Part shown: piece by piece, positions 38,533 through 51,149 of the stretch | Numbering within the stretch: the first letter of the stretch is position 1 | Layout: each line of letters starts with the position of its first letter | Origin: Narcine bancroftii | Lineage: Eukaryota | Direction of reading: 5' to 3' | NCBI RefSeq assembly: GCF_036971445.1 | Contig: NC_091479.1 | Location: 100,130,001-100,194,000, forward strand | DNA length: 64,000 nt | Program-made: the position numbers and the translations under genes | Notes under the pieces: model-generated | Databases searched by the model: none | The model's input: only the letters and a program-made list of their open reading frames with translations | What the model was told of the DNA's origin: nothing

Positions 38533-41080
38533 GTCTAAATCAAAATTATAAAAATGTATCTGGAAAGCATAATGGCTACATTTTCTTGTAGTTATTAAAA
38601 CTTAAGAAAATAATTTTGCTTATTCTTTTTTGCCTTTTTAAACGTTAGGTGACAAGAAATACAATACTTGAAAAGTATTTCAGTATGAAACCACAATCTT
38701 TCCCTGCCAGTGAGGAAAATAGCAAAACTCAGATTGAATAAACACACAAAATGCTGGATAGTCAACATTTTGGGCCAAAGGTCCTTCATCAGGTATCCTG
38801 AAGAATAGTTTTCATCCCCAAACGTTGACTATCGATTGCTTTCTGTGGTCGCTGCCTGACCCACTAAGTTCCTCCAGCATTTTGCATTTGTCCAGTTTTC
38901 CAGCATCTGCTGTCTCTCTTATGACACTCAGGATGGGCTTCCATTACAAGCAACAGCTTGATCAGAAGACTATGGATCCCTGTCCAGAAAAGGTGTTTCC
39001 CTGTATGCGGTTATCATACAACAGGACACAGGGAGTCTGCTCAATCAATTAACCAGTGTTGGCTCTTTTGTCACTCAACTCTTTCTCCAAAGATCTGTAA
39101 TGGGCTTTTTCTCTCTTTCAGATGATTTGTATTTTTCCACTGATGTTTTCAGGAATCACTTTAAGTATTACATTCCGTATAGCTTGGTTCTGCAAGGCAA
39201 GGTGTGAAGGAAAATATTCTCGGCATTCCCATTTAAATTTTAGTTCATTACATGCTGTAGAAAGGGTGACCAAAGCAGGACTGCAATGGGGAAATTCTAA
39301 CATAGAAAATCTCTCATGGGGATAATGTGCAGTTAATGCAACACTATTGCAGCGTCCGCAGTCTGAGTTCAAATATGGCGCTGTCGGCAAGGTTATTGTA
39401 TGGTCACTCTGCAAAGATGTCAGCGCTGCTGGAGCCACTGTAGCGCGGTTGTGGCAGTGCTGCCACTGGTGCAGACCCCCCCAGAGAGCGAGGGAGTGGA
39501 GATGCAGCGCTCCCGTGGTGTCCAGCCACCCAGTTGACAGCCGTCAGCTCTGCACGGAATTTGAACAGCCCGTTGAGGGAGAGAAGGTTGGTTTTAGTTG
39601 AAATCCCACAATTGCAGGTCTGCGCTCGAGATGGCAGTACCTATTAATTGGCAGTAGACGCAAGGGGCCACCAGAGGATGGGAAGATCATACTCCATCTG
39701 AAAGGAAGAAGTGGAGGAGACGTCCCATGGGGACATTGTCCATGGCAGCGGACCAACTGAGGGGGGCTCTGCAGCTGAGGGACCTGTGGATGTGGCGGGC
39801 TTCTGGTGACTCGAGTGGAGGGACCCATAGGTCTGTAAGTCTAAAACTGTAAGAGGGGCTTAGGCAATTCCTGCCGGTGAGCACTGTCTGCCTTGCAGCA
39901 GGCAAAAAGAAATTTCATGTCATATGACAGTTTTATTACTATGATAGTAAATTGAATCTCTTGAATCTTGAACCGCACAAGTTTTCTCCCATGTTCCAAA
40001 GTTAATTGGTTCCATGGATGTAATTAAGCAGCGTAGACTCCTTGGCCAAAAAGACCTGTTGCCATGCTGCATCTCTAAATTTAAGTGAAATGATGAGGTG
40101 GTGTAGCAATGAAGTGTAGATACTTTGATCCAGACCCAATGAACACTGAAACAGTGCTATTGCACATCTTTTCATTAGTCATTACTTCTCTAACCTACAG
40201 CATTGAATGCGGAACACATTAGCACCTGTGTTCTACACACTTTCTAAATTTTGGTTCTTTCTTAATAGACTAATGCTAGAAAATGAATATAATGTTCCTA
40301 TACTTTGCATTCCTGTTACAAAAATAAATTTTTCCTCCTTTTATCTTCTTAAAAGCACAGATATGTTGTGTTATATCAGAAATCATTCTTTGATTCAGTA
40401 ACTTGGTAATCATTTTTAAAAAAAATTACAATGCAGTAGAAGCAGAGTCCGGCTATTTAAACCCACGCCGCTCAAATTAACCTACAACCCCGTACATTTT
40501 GGAGGGTGGGTTGAAACTGGAGCACCCGGAGGAAGCCCACGAATCCAGGTCGCTGACGCTGTAATAGCGTCATGCCAACTGCTACACTAACCATGCCCAC
40601 GACCGGATTCGACCGGGTTATTGGTACAACTATAGAGGATAATGAACATTTCCTGGAGATCTAATTTGTCTCATCATGTAAATTCATATCTCCATTCTAG
40701 TTTACTGCTGCAATAACATAATTATCAAGTCAAACATTTAATCCATTCATCATTTGTGCACCATGGCTGGAATATGTACAATCTACCTGTACTTGTATCA
40801 ATATTACTTGCCATGGCTAGTCCTACCACCAAAGACAAAAATAGCAGGCACATGAAAATACCATGCCCCCAAGTCACACTCCATCATTCCTACCTATTAT
40901 CACCTCAGCAGAGGGACTGCAGCAGTTGAAGCTCACCATCACCTTCTCAAAGGTAATTAGAGATGGATGATAATTATTTTGTCCTTTCCAACAAAATCCA
41001 AAAATTAAAAAGCAGGTCACTATATCAACACATATTTCATTAGTAAAACATGAAAGTCTGCAGATACTGTGGTTGAAGTA

Positions 41081-41239
41081 AAAACACAACGCTGGAGAAA
41101 CTCAGCTGGTCAAACAGTGTGCTTTATGTAGCAAAGATAAAGATGAGGGGCTCAAGCCCGAAATGCTGCTTATGTCTCTTTATCTTTGCTACATAAAGTC
41201 CACTGTTTGATCTGCAGAGTTTCTCCAGTGTTGTGTTTT
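41081..41239. repeat. Inverted repeat of two opposed Penelope-type tails
   Basis: 63-bp arms 41081-41143 and 41177-41239 with about 6 mismatches; 33-nt loop. Confidence 0.88.
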
Positions 41240-41310
41240 CACAAATATTTCATTTGTGGATCATCCTGCTCAAGAGACACGAAGTAAATGGAATACAAAA
41301 AAGGACTCAC

Positions 41311-41498
41311 ATTTACTACAGAGGGAACAGCACTGGTGGTGCTCTGAGCTGGAACAACTAGGCGGACTCCAGTAGGCAAGGAAGAAACTGCAGCTTTAAC
41401 TGTCTGCACAGCTTGTTGGGAGACTGTAACCAGATGAGTGGTTGCTGAAGACAGACCAGATGCCTGGGTGGCAGGGACCTGCACTGCAGTCAATCCAC
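41311..41498 (-). CDS. HCFC2: HCF exon 9 (basic region)
   Basis: ...VSSLPTGVRLVVPAQS..., compare HCF-1 VTSLPAGVRMVVPTQS; phase 1 to 0. Confidence 0.88.
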
Positions 41499-41629
41499 CT
41501 TTACACAACACAAAACAGAAAGTATGTATGTTGATTAATTTGGAATGGTTCAAGAGCAAACACAAGCCTTTATAAACATTCTGGTGTAGAAATGTTACAG
41601 AAACCCAAACTCTTTATACAGCTTCAAAT

Positions 41630-41888
41630 TTTTGAATTAAAATTTAATTTTTAAAAAATTTAGACATACAGCATGGTAACAGGCCTTTTTGGCCCACGAG
41701 CCCATGCTGCCCAATTACACCCAATTGACGGTACATTTTTGAATGATTGGAGGAAACCGGAGCCCCTAGGGAAAACCCACAGACACAGGGAGAACATATA
41801 AACCCCTTACAAACAAAGCTCGATTCAAACCCTGGTCCCAATCGCTGTCGCTGTAACAGCGTTGCACTAACCACTACACTAACCAAGT
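41630..41888 (-). mobile_element. V-SINE
   Basis: Same family, near full length. Confidence 0.78.
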
Positions 41889-41934
41889 TGCCCAAAGGAA
41901 TAAATGTTACCAGAAAAAAAATACCATGTCTTAC

Positions 41935-42225
41935 TTGTCAGTGCAGGAACCAGCACACCAGTGGAAGAAGGAACTTTAGAAACTGGCTGTGGTGTGACAG
42001 GAGAAGCAGGCGTAGGAGAAACAGGGCTGCACGGAATCTTCTGTGGCACTGAAGTGTTGGTTAACGATGGTGATGCCATGGTGGTGGCGGCAGTCGTTGG
42101 TGGTATATCATACTTTTGCAGCTGAAGGAGGTAGGCATCGGCTGTTGGAACAGCACCCCAGCAAACTTCCAGGGAATTTGTACTGGCTCTAACCAACTGC
42201 ACACGGGAAGGAGCAGGGGGCTTCT
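41935..42225 (-). CDS. HCFC2: HCF exon 8 (Fn3N/SAS1N)
   Basis: [42 protein letters not shown]...VLVPALT; donor gtaaga. Confidence 0.92.
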
Positions 42226-42289
42226 CTAAAGACAAAAAACAACTCTGTTCAAATTACATTTGAGAAAATTATATTATAACCTTTCCCTC

Positions 42290-42585
42290 CAGATGACATC
42301 AACATCGACTTCTTCTGTTTCTGCTAGTCCACTCCCCTGCTCACTCTCTTCCCCGTCCCTGTCTCCTTTCCTCCAGCTCTCCACCCCCTTGCCTCTCCAA
42401 AGAGCCATCCCCCCTCCCCCTGTTTGCCTTCCCTCCCTCCCTTATCCACCTATTACCTCCTGCCTGTGAGACTCTGCTCCTCCCCCACCCCCACCATTTT
42501 GTTCAGGCACCTGCCTACATTGACAAAGGGCTCAAGCCTGAAACGTTGGTTTGACCTGCTGAGTTTCTCCAGCATTGTGTTTTTA
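42290..42585 (+). mobile_element. Penelope-like tail
   Basis: Similar to 35560-35878 and 53270-53565. Confidence 0.72.
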
Positions 42586-43160
42586 TTATAATCTTTCCTT
42601 TTTCACTGTCTTTTTCCCAACAAACACTTAATTGAGTTGCTTCCCACAAGGTCCAAGGATGCATTTGATCAGGCCTTGGGGGATTTGTCCACCTTAATGC
42701 ACACCAAAGCATGGTGTGCATTCATTTCTTTAATTTGCACAGTAAAGACTGATGAGAGATGTATTTAAAATCTGTGGCTTCACACAGACAGCCATGTTTA
42801 CTTTTAATGAGACCAATTCTCTTCTTGGCCACACTTTTACTCGAGTCATCTGTAAAATCTCCTGGGACTTTCCCTTATCCAACCTACCAGATCCATTTCA
42901 GGGCTTCTTTCTAACTTTCTGATTTCCCTCGTAAGTGTACTCCTTTGCTTCTTATCCACACCAAGGGATTCACTTCTCTGGACTGCTTACATCTCATTCT
43001 GTTTCCTTTTAAGAGCCTCAATATCCTTCATCAATTTGCTACATAAAGTCCACTGTTCAATCTGCAGAGTTTCTCCAGTGTTGTGTTTTCACAAATATTT
43101 CATTTGTGGATCATCTTGCTCAAGAGACACGAAGTAAATGGAATACAAAAAAGGACTCAC

Positions 43161-43348
43161 ATTTACTACAGAGGGAACAGCACTGGTGGTGCTCTGAGCT
43201 GGAACAACTCGGCGGACTCCAGTAGGCAAGGAAGAAACTGCAGCTTTAACTGTCTGCACAGCTTGTTGGGAGACTGTAACCAGATGAGTGGTTGCTGAAG
43301 ACAGACTAGATGCCTGGGTGACAGGGACCTGCATTGCAATCAATCCAC
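43161..43348 (-). pseudogene. Duplicated copy of exon 9 within intron 7 (pseudo-exon or alternative exon)
   Basis: 43035-43368 is a near-identical copy of 41185-41518 (offset 1850); AG acceptor and GTGAGT donor intact; 5 exonic substitutions. Confidence 0.9.
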
Positions 43349-44518
43349 CTTTACACAACACAAAACAGCAAGTTCCTTAAACTTGCCAGCCTTGCCTTTA
43401 CCCTAGCAGCAACAAGCTGTTCCTAAACTCTTGTTCTCTCAATCAGGGAGGAGATACAGGAGGATCAGAGCCAGCACCACCAGGCTGAGCAACAGTTTCT
43501 TCCCATGGACAGTGAGAATGCTGAACGTCCAAAGGAACGGCTCACACTAACTCATCCGAGACTCTCAGATTCATGTCCTGCGTATGTATTGTTGTCTGTA
43601 TGTGAGTTATAACTGGCTGTATGTCTGCATGTTTTTCAACGAGGACAGAACACGGTTTCTCGGGTTGTACTTGTACAATCAGTTGACAATAAACTTCACC
43701 TTTAAGAGCCTCCCATTTTCAGTCTGTTTCCTTACCTGCAACCATCGACCTCTTCAAATTCCCTCCTAATTGCTCTAAAATTGGCCTTGACCCAATTTAG
43801 CAACTTAACTTGTCTGCTTCTCCATAACTATTTTAAAATCAACCAAGAAGGACATGAATAGCACTTTCAAGGAAGGGCTGGATGAATTCTAGGGCTTGTT
43901 GATATCAAGATATTGTTGGACATTTTGTGATAATATATCCTCAGGTCTGTTGGAATCTAGAACAGGCAGCACTGGATCAGGCCCTTTGGCCCACGAGACA
44001 GTGCCAAACATGATGGCACTGATCCCAAAGTGCTTCCCCAATGACTGACATGTCACTTGCCCTATCTCATTCCTCAAGAGAAGAACCAGTCTGGTAGGGC
44101 TCTGGAAGAGCTTCATTTAGGAGAGTGATGAAAAATGTCCTCACTCAGAGGATGTCAATCTCCCTGACATGCCATGTTAAATTTCAGCTTCTTTTTGCGA
44201 TATTTACCACAGAAATACAGCTGAATAGATACAAATATAACAGGTGCACACAAAAAAATCCATCAAGCAGGACTGCGTAGTGTCAGCCTCAATGCAACAT
44301 CCATTAGTCTCAAATGTTTCCCGGATGTGCACTCATTCAGCACATGTCCTTTCCACGTGTTCAACATTCTTTGTGTGAAGAATGCCCTGGTATTAAATGC
44401 CCCTTTTGCCATTTGAAATCATACTTCCCTCATCATATAATTAATTGTTGACATTAATCACAAAGCAATCTTGTTACATTAAAGCTAAACTTGAGCTAAA
44501 GGACTGCACACCACCCAC

Positions 44519-44698
44519 CAGTTTCCAAATACCAAAGATCTTTGCAGCAAACTTGATTGTTCCAAGCCTTTCGGTAGCCATCTCTTCCACTCCAAATATA
44601 AAGTCGCGTGTGAATAGCAACAGCACAGTGGCCAGCTCTCGCCCTTGGAACATTGTCCTCCAATGTGTCTGAGACTATAGGTGTCCAGATATTGCCAT
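44519..44698 (-). CDS. HCFC2: HCF exon 7 (last Kelch repeat)
   Basis: [60 protein letters not shown]. Confidence 0.95.
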
Positions 44699-45890
44699 CT
44701 GTTAGAAATACACTGCTAACTTAATTCATCGTCAAACAATTCTTTTTAAAAAATTACAATTTATACAAGATAGAAACAGAGCAACCAAATGTTGTGAAAT
44801 TCCTGCATTACTCCAAACTAGATGTCATAGAGTTATAAATTATTTTGAATGCCATGGTGCCACTATTTGACACAGTGGACATTTTGTCAACACAAATCAT
44901 TAACTTTTATTAAAAAGCAAGTTATTTTTTACCCCTAAATTAAAGCTCATATCATATGGTAACTGCCAAGTACAAGAATACCATATATCAGTGAATACAC
45001 ATTGTGGTCTAGCATTTTTGATTAAAAAAAAAACTATTTAGCAATGTTAAACTCCTTGCTCATGGGTTGTAGCATCAGTAGTTGTTCTGAATTTTAAATA
45101 TCAAATAATTGGCTCCTGGAAGGTACAGAAGCACCAAACATTTACAAAATGGAGAACAGATTATTCATAATGACAAAAAATTTCATGATTGAGGTTTACA
45201 TTGACATTAAACCTTCTCTATCAATGTTTTAAACCAATAATCAACTAGGCTATAAAAATATAAATATAAAAATTGATTTGACGTAACGAGCAGGTTGGAT
45301 TGTACTAATTGCATGTTTACTGTAAATATTTAATGTCACAGGTCTGCAATTGCTATTGTCTGTGAAATCCACAGAAGATGAATTGAGTAAAATAAATATT
45401 TCCAGCAATGGGGCAAGAGGAATAACTAAACATAATTATTACAAATGTAGGTATCAATCATGAAGAATTCCCTACTCAAAATGCATCTGTTATTGAACTT
45501 TAAGCAAGCAAATAATTTGCTTTGAAGCAAAAACGAGATGCTAGAAAGGTAGGAAGAACTCAACAGGTCAAGCAGCACTCATGGCGAGAGAAACGGCATC
45601 AACTTTTAGGTCAATGAGTTTAAACTGTAGACTATAAATTTACATCGGAAATGTATTGGTTATTGTCGGACAAGCTGAAAAAGTTCTTTTGGGAAATTCA
45701 GAACCAGTAAATTTTGGGTTAACCTCCTTGATTAGCTTTGGACACAATTTTTAAAAATTTTGAATGAAACTCTATTGCTCATTAATAGACATATTTCCAT
45801 GAAGCATCAGATTAAGTTCTCTTCCAAAAGACAGAATGACTGACTTTGCATTGGAATGCCAGTTTAAATTGTGTGCTTACACCTCTAGAC

Positions 45891-46104
45891 CAGTCATTCT
45901 CAACCATTTTTCGGCTAAGGTCCCCTTTGGACTCTGCTCCAAGTTTATGGGCCCCCTTCCCTGTGAAGCAGTCAAGTTTAGTTGGTTTCTTCTGTCCTTC
46001 TCTCCAATTACATTAAAAACTCTTTTGGATGTCAGTCCATACCACGTACTGTGGCCTTTGGGGTGGGGGGGGAGGGCTCATATGCCTTCCATTGAGAATG
46101 GCTG
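45891..46104 (+). mobile_element. hAT MITE, second family
   Basis: TIR CAGTCATTCTCAA...TTGAGAATGGCTG; TSD CTCTAGAC/CTCTAGCG. Confidence 0.82.
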
Positions 46105-46295
46105 CTCTAGCGTGGAACTTGAACCTCAGACCAAGAGTGCCGATGACCATGCAAAATGACACACAACAATGACTTGTAACTGCAGAAATAGAAACAGAGG
46201 CAGGAGATAATCTTGCGATGCAATCTGCAGACAATGCTCAAAATTAACAAGAGAGGAAAATGTGGCTTGATTTTATTAGTCCCATTGGTCACTCA

Positions 46296-46502
<207 letters not shown>

Positions 46503-47941
46503 TTAAAACAGATAATATTGCACTTAACAAGGGAAACACAATCAATAATGGCTCATGCTACTTGAATACAAGAGAATGTCTATGATCCAAACCACGGTGA
46601 GTTTGGAGTGTTCGGAAATTTACACGACCAACTGCAAAAACACACACCCAAAAAAAAAAGAGATGAAACATGGAAAATAATTTGGAAAACTGACCTTCTA
46701 ATTAAAAGGGTTAAATTAATATGTAATTATCAAAGCAACAAATACAGATAATAGTTTATTGAAACTGAAAGGACTACTGATAACAAACTCTAGCACTTGG
46801 AAAGGTGTTACATAACAGATGAGATGCTAAACAGTGAACATTACAATTTCATTAAAAAAATTAATATAATCAAGTTTTAAAATATTTGGCAAATTTTGGA
46901 TACTTTTACTGTCAAGCTTAACCTCATTAATTCAAAAATTTGAAAAATTCATGTTGCTTTAAAGAGGATGATCAGGAATTTCAGGAGTTGGAGATAAAGC
47001 ATGGAGAGAACTCTTCAGTTCACAGATGCCTTGACAATCATCAAGCATTAGTTTACCCCAATCCTACTCTCACCCATTTTATTCTTCCCATATTGGCATC
47101 TATTCCCGTCAGATTCTACCATTCATCTACACTAGAGGCATTTACAGCGGCCAATTAACATGCATATTTAGGATGTGGGTGGAAACCAAGAGCACCTAGA
47201 GGAAACACATGCAGCCACAGGAAGAACTTGCAAACTCCGCACAGACAGCACCCATGGTCAGAACTGAACCTGGGTCGCTGGAGCTGTAAGGCAAATCTAC
47301 TAGCTGGCCCATTGTATGCTGTCACCCAGCAAAAAACAAACTAAAAACAAAACAGTTGATTTGAAAAAAAAGATTAAGTAACAGATGGATGGAGCCAAAC
47401 CCTTGAATGGATTACAAAGTTGTATTCCAAATGATCCAAAGCTCAGTTGAGATACAATGTTCTCCCAAAGTCAATCAATAGCTGCAGCTATGCATTATGT
47501 TCTGCACTGCTTCAACCTCAATGCTGTTTCATTATGTTGGAAGAACTCTAGAACTTCACCTCAACCAATACTTTTAATAATAAAGGCACACTAATGTGAT
47601 AAGCATATTTGTAAACAAGTTTACAATGACTCCAAATTTAGTAAAGATTGGTTGATATTGATTTGGACAGCAAAAAAATATCCTCCAGAGGTTTCAGATG
47701 ACTTCTAAGTGCCTCTTTTTCATCACTTATTTTCCACCCAGAAACAAATCCTTACTGGAATCTTAGACAGTCACAATATACATCTCTTTAAATACTTGTA
47801 AAACTGCTTTAAAAACAATTCAAACAGTATGAATTAACCCCAAAGGACTATACCAGTCACAATATTTATCTCTATTGTATAGATTCTAAGAAAGATGGAA
47901 AATTCTCACCTAGCCTAGAACCATTAATTATTTAGGTTATA

Positions 47942-48441
47942 GAGGTACACGATCCTTTATCCGGAACCCTTGGGGGACAGTGTGTTCCAAATTTCAGATT
48001 TTTCTGGATTTCAGAAAGCCCACCCGAATTGTGCTGCCGTATCCACCCCCACCCCTTTCCAGTCGCCTGGCCGTCTCCCCCAACCGCCGGTCCCTCAGCC
48101 ACCCAGACGTCTCCCCAACCGCATTCTTCAGGCGCCTGGCAGTCTACCCCGGCCGTCTCCCCCGACCGCTGGTCTCTCGGCCGCCTGGCAGTCTCCCCTG
48201 GCCGTGGTCCCTCGGCCGCCTGGACGTCTCCCCCGACCGCGGTCCCTCGGCCGTCTCCCCCGACCACCGGTCCCTTGGCTGCCCGGCAGTCTCCCCCCGA
48301 CTGCGTTTCTCGGCCTCCCAGCAGTCTCCCCCAGCCACCAGTTCCTCGGCTGCCGGTCTATCGGCTGCCTCCCCCGACCGCCAGTCCCCACTTGTCAGAT
48401 TTTGGAACTTTCCGGATTTTAGATAAAGGATCGTGTACCTG
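47942..48441. mobile_element. TA-flanked Tc1/pogo-type MITE with internal GC-rich minisatellite
   Basis: TIR AGGTACACGATCCTTTATC / GATAAAGGATCGTGTACCT, TA on both sides; about 35-bp GC repeats at 48055-48390. Confidence 0.85.
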
Positions 48442-48582
48442 TACTATTAAAATTACATTCTCCTATACGAGAAGTTATAGTAATGCTCTATCATGGTTAG
48501 AAACGGACTTTGGCCTTTTTACCCCTACACCTTTCAAATATTTACATTAATGAATTCTTAATGATGATTTCAGAGTTCTTAC

Positions 48583-48667
48583 TTATTCCCAATGACCGTA
48601 GCAGAATGCAAACTCCGAGGAAGCGGTGTTGACCCCTTCGTTACTGGCTTTGTCCAAACCAAGCTTT
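48583..48667 (-). CDS. HCFC2: HCF exon 5 (Kelch)
   Basis: ESLVWTKPVTKGSTPLPRSLHSATVIGNK; cag/gtaag. Confidence 0.95.
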
Positions 48668-49426
48668 CTGTGAGCATAGAAACACGGATACAAAGATTAT
48701 TATAAATAGATTGTGACATTAGTTGTGGAGTTAAGAGTCTTGCAGCACAGAAGCTGACCTTTGGGCCCACCACATCCATGCCAACACTTGTCCGTCTTCG
48801 ATAATCCCATTTGCCCAATGTGCCCGTTAGCCAGATAACATTGCCCAAAAGCAGTACAATGCTCAAATATTACATTCCTTATAAGTGGCACATCATTAAA
48901 TTTTATTTCAATACCCCATCAGCTTTGTATCCTTGCCACAATTATACAAATTACATAGGATCTCAAGCAGAAGCAGACCATGTTGCCAAACCAGTTCATG
49001 CTTATGTTTATTCTCCAATTGATCAAACTCACCCAAACCCAAGAGCAGAACCTTTTATTCCCCCTTTCTTCATATGTCTCAGCATCCCCTTAAAAATCAT
49101 CTACGCAATCCTCATTTGAACCACATGGGATAGAGTTGCATATTTCACACGTTTTGGGTAAAAACATTCACTGAGTATATCCAATGTAACGTAATATTTC
49201 TCTCCTCCAAATCAATAAAATTAAAAAGAGTATAACCAATTGGATTTCTTGACAAATATGTTGGTTACATCTTGTTACTCTTTTCCTCACACATAGAAAT
49301 ATCTTCTGTATCTATTCTATCAAAATCTTTCATGAGAAATATGGCCATTTAAATAATTTATATATTTCTGTACATGTTTGTCTGCAATTCATCAAACTTT
49401 ATCCTAGCCAATATTTTTTCCTTTAA

Positions 49427-50110
49427 CCCTTTGGACTCTGGCAACTTTTTCAACTTTCATCATAAATACTCTAGACTGGATCCATGGGTAAACCTTTACA
49501 ATACGAATCAGCAGGCGGTTGGGTATAAAATAATTCCTGGAGTACAGTCATGCATTGCTTAATGTCCAAGATACGTTCTGTGAACTAGGACATTATGCGA
49601 TTTGGACATTGTGTGAATACCATATTATTTACTTAGCAAAGCTACAACATTCAAGAGACACGCAATACATGAGATTGTATGCAGCTGACTATGAGATGAA
49701 GCATACACTGTCATACGGTAAAGTTTTTATTTGTAAGTAGGGAAAGTTCACGTTAAAATAACAATAGAGAGTACAGTACATACATAAGCCAGTAACACAG
49801 GCGTTTATATTTGCTATCAAGACATATATTATAGGTTTTCTATATATTATGCCATTATATGCCTGGCAACGCAATTGTTTTGTGTACAAGAGACATGAGA
49901 TACATATGTTGCGGCGGGAAGCTGTTGTGTTCGCTACATCTGGTTACGTCTGCTACGTCCTGTTCTCTAACTGGGATTTCTGAACTTATAACCTTACAGG
50001 ACCACGGACGTATATGTATTCGGAGTTTGCCCGAACGGACGTTATGTAGCACATGACTGTACATGTGCTTGTTGGTAGTCCAGGAAAATCGGGACACAGA
50101 GCTCAAAGCA
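49427..50110. mobile_element. piggyBac-like non-autonomous element
   Basis: TTAA-CCCTTTGGACTCTG left end, imperfect right end CAGAGCTCAAAGCA-TTAA; interior keeps many CpGs. Confidence 0.6.
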
Positions 50111-50285
50111 TTAAATCACATTGTGGTTTCAGAGCTTCTTGTGGCTGAATTGGCTGACAGGTTGCCCATGCTACAACTAAGATTACAACTTAAAAAGTAC
50201 TCTGACAATACAAAAACAATTTGGGTCATTCCAATGTTGCGAATTTTCTTTGTGAAAATGCAGGTCATTTCTGTTATGCACTTAC

Positions 50286-50488
50286 CCACATCCAATATCC
50301 AAAGGTCACCCAGTCTGCATCCACTCATCCCTCCATAAATAATCATCTTTGGTTTTTTTGAATCTTTATAAACAACGGCTGTGTGAGATTCCCTTGGAGG
50401 AGGTGGAGTACCATGTGTAACAGGAATGTCCCAACCTACTACGCCAGATCCTGCTTTAAGTTCCACAGTGTACAAGTCATTTAAGTAC
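50286..50488 (-). CDS. HCFC2: HCF exon 4 (Kelch)
   Basis: [67 protein letters not shown]. Confidence 0.95.
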
Positions 50489-51149
50489 CTTCAAATACAA
50501 GAAAGAAAACATAAAATATGAGAGTCTGCAGACACTGTGATTAAAGTAAAAACACAATGCTGGAGGAACCAACATTTAAGGCTTGAGCCCTTTATCAAAG
50601 TAGAAAAGAAAGAAAAAGTTGAGAGTATTATATATTCAGTGTGACACAGAAATTAAGAATTCTAGAGACTTTGTCCAAAGCAACTATACTGTTCCCCCCT
50701 TTTTAAATGATGGCTTGCTAACGAGTAGCAAAGAAAGCCTTTTCAGAAACAATCTCTATCATTGTTTTGTTCAGTGACTTATTCCAGTTTTTCCTCATTC
50801 TTGATCAGCAAACATTTCCTCACTTCTTTTTTCTGCTCCCAACTACCACTTTGGATCATTCACTACATTGAAGAGATTACATGGATTCAGGCTAATACTG
50901 TAAGAGTGAAGCAAGTCGTTATATTTCATTTTGTTGTTCAATCAGTATGATAATTTGTCCGGACACCATCCAAAAGCCTCAGACAAGTTAAAAAAACACC
51001 CACATTTTTGTAAAATAAAACAAAGTTCATTGTTTTCTATCCTGCAACGTATGGATACCTTGCACCGATGTGCTTTTCAGCTCAGAAAGTTAATTTTAAA
51101 ACATGGATAAAAAGAATAAATTAAAATCATTCCATTGAGAGATTTAGAG

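Noticed and set aside
48055-48390. CRISPR-like array
   Set aside because: Units are contiguous with no unique spacers, there are no cas genes, and the context is eukaryotic.
47932-48550. Six overlapping Pro/Arg/Gly-rich ORFs
   Set aside because: By-product of a stop-poor GC-rich minisatellite.
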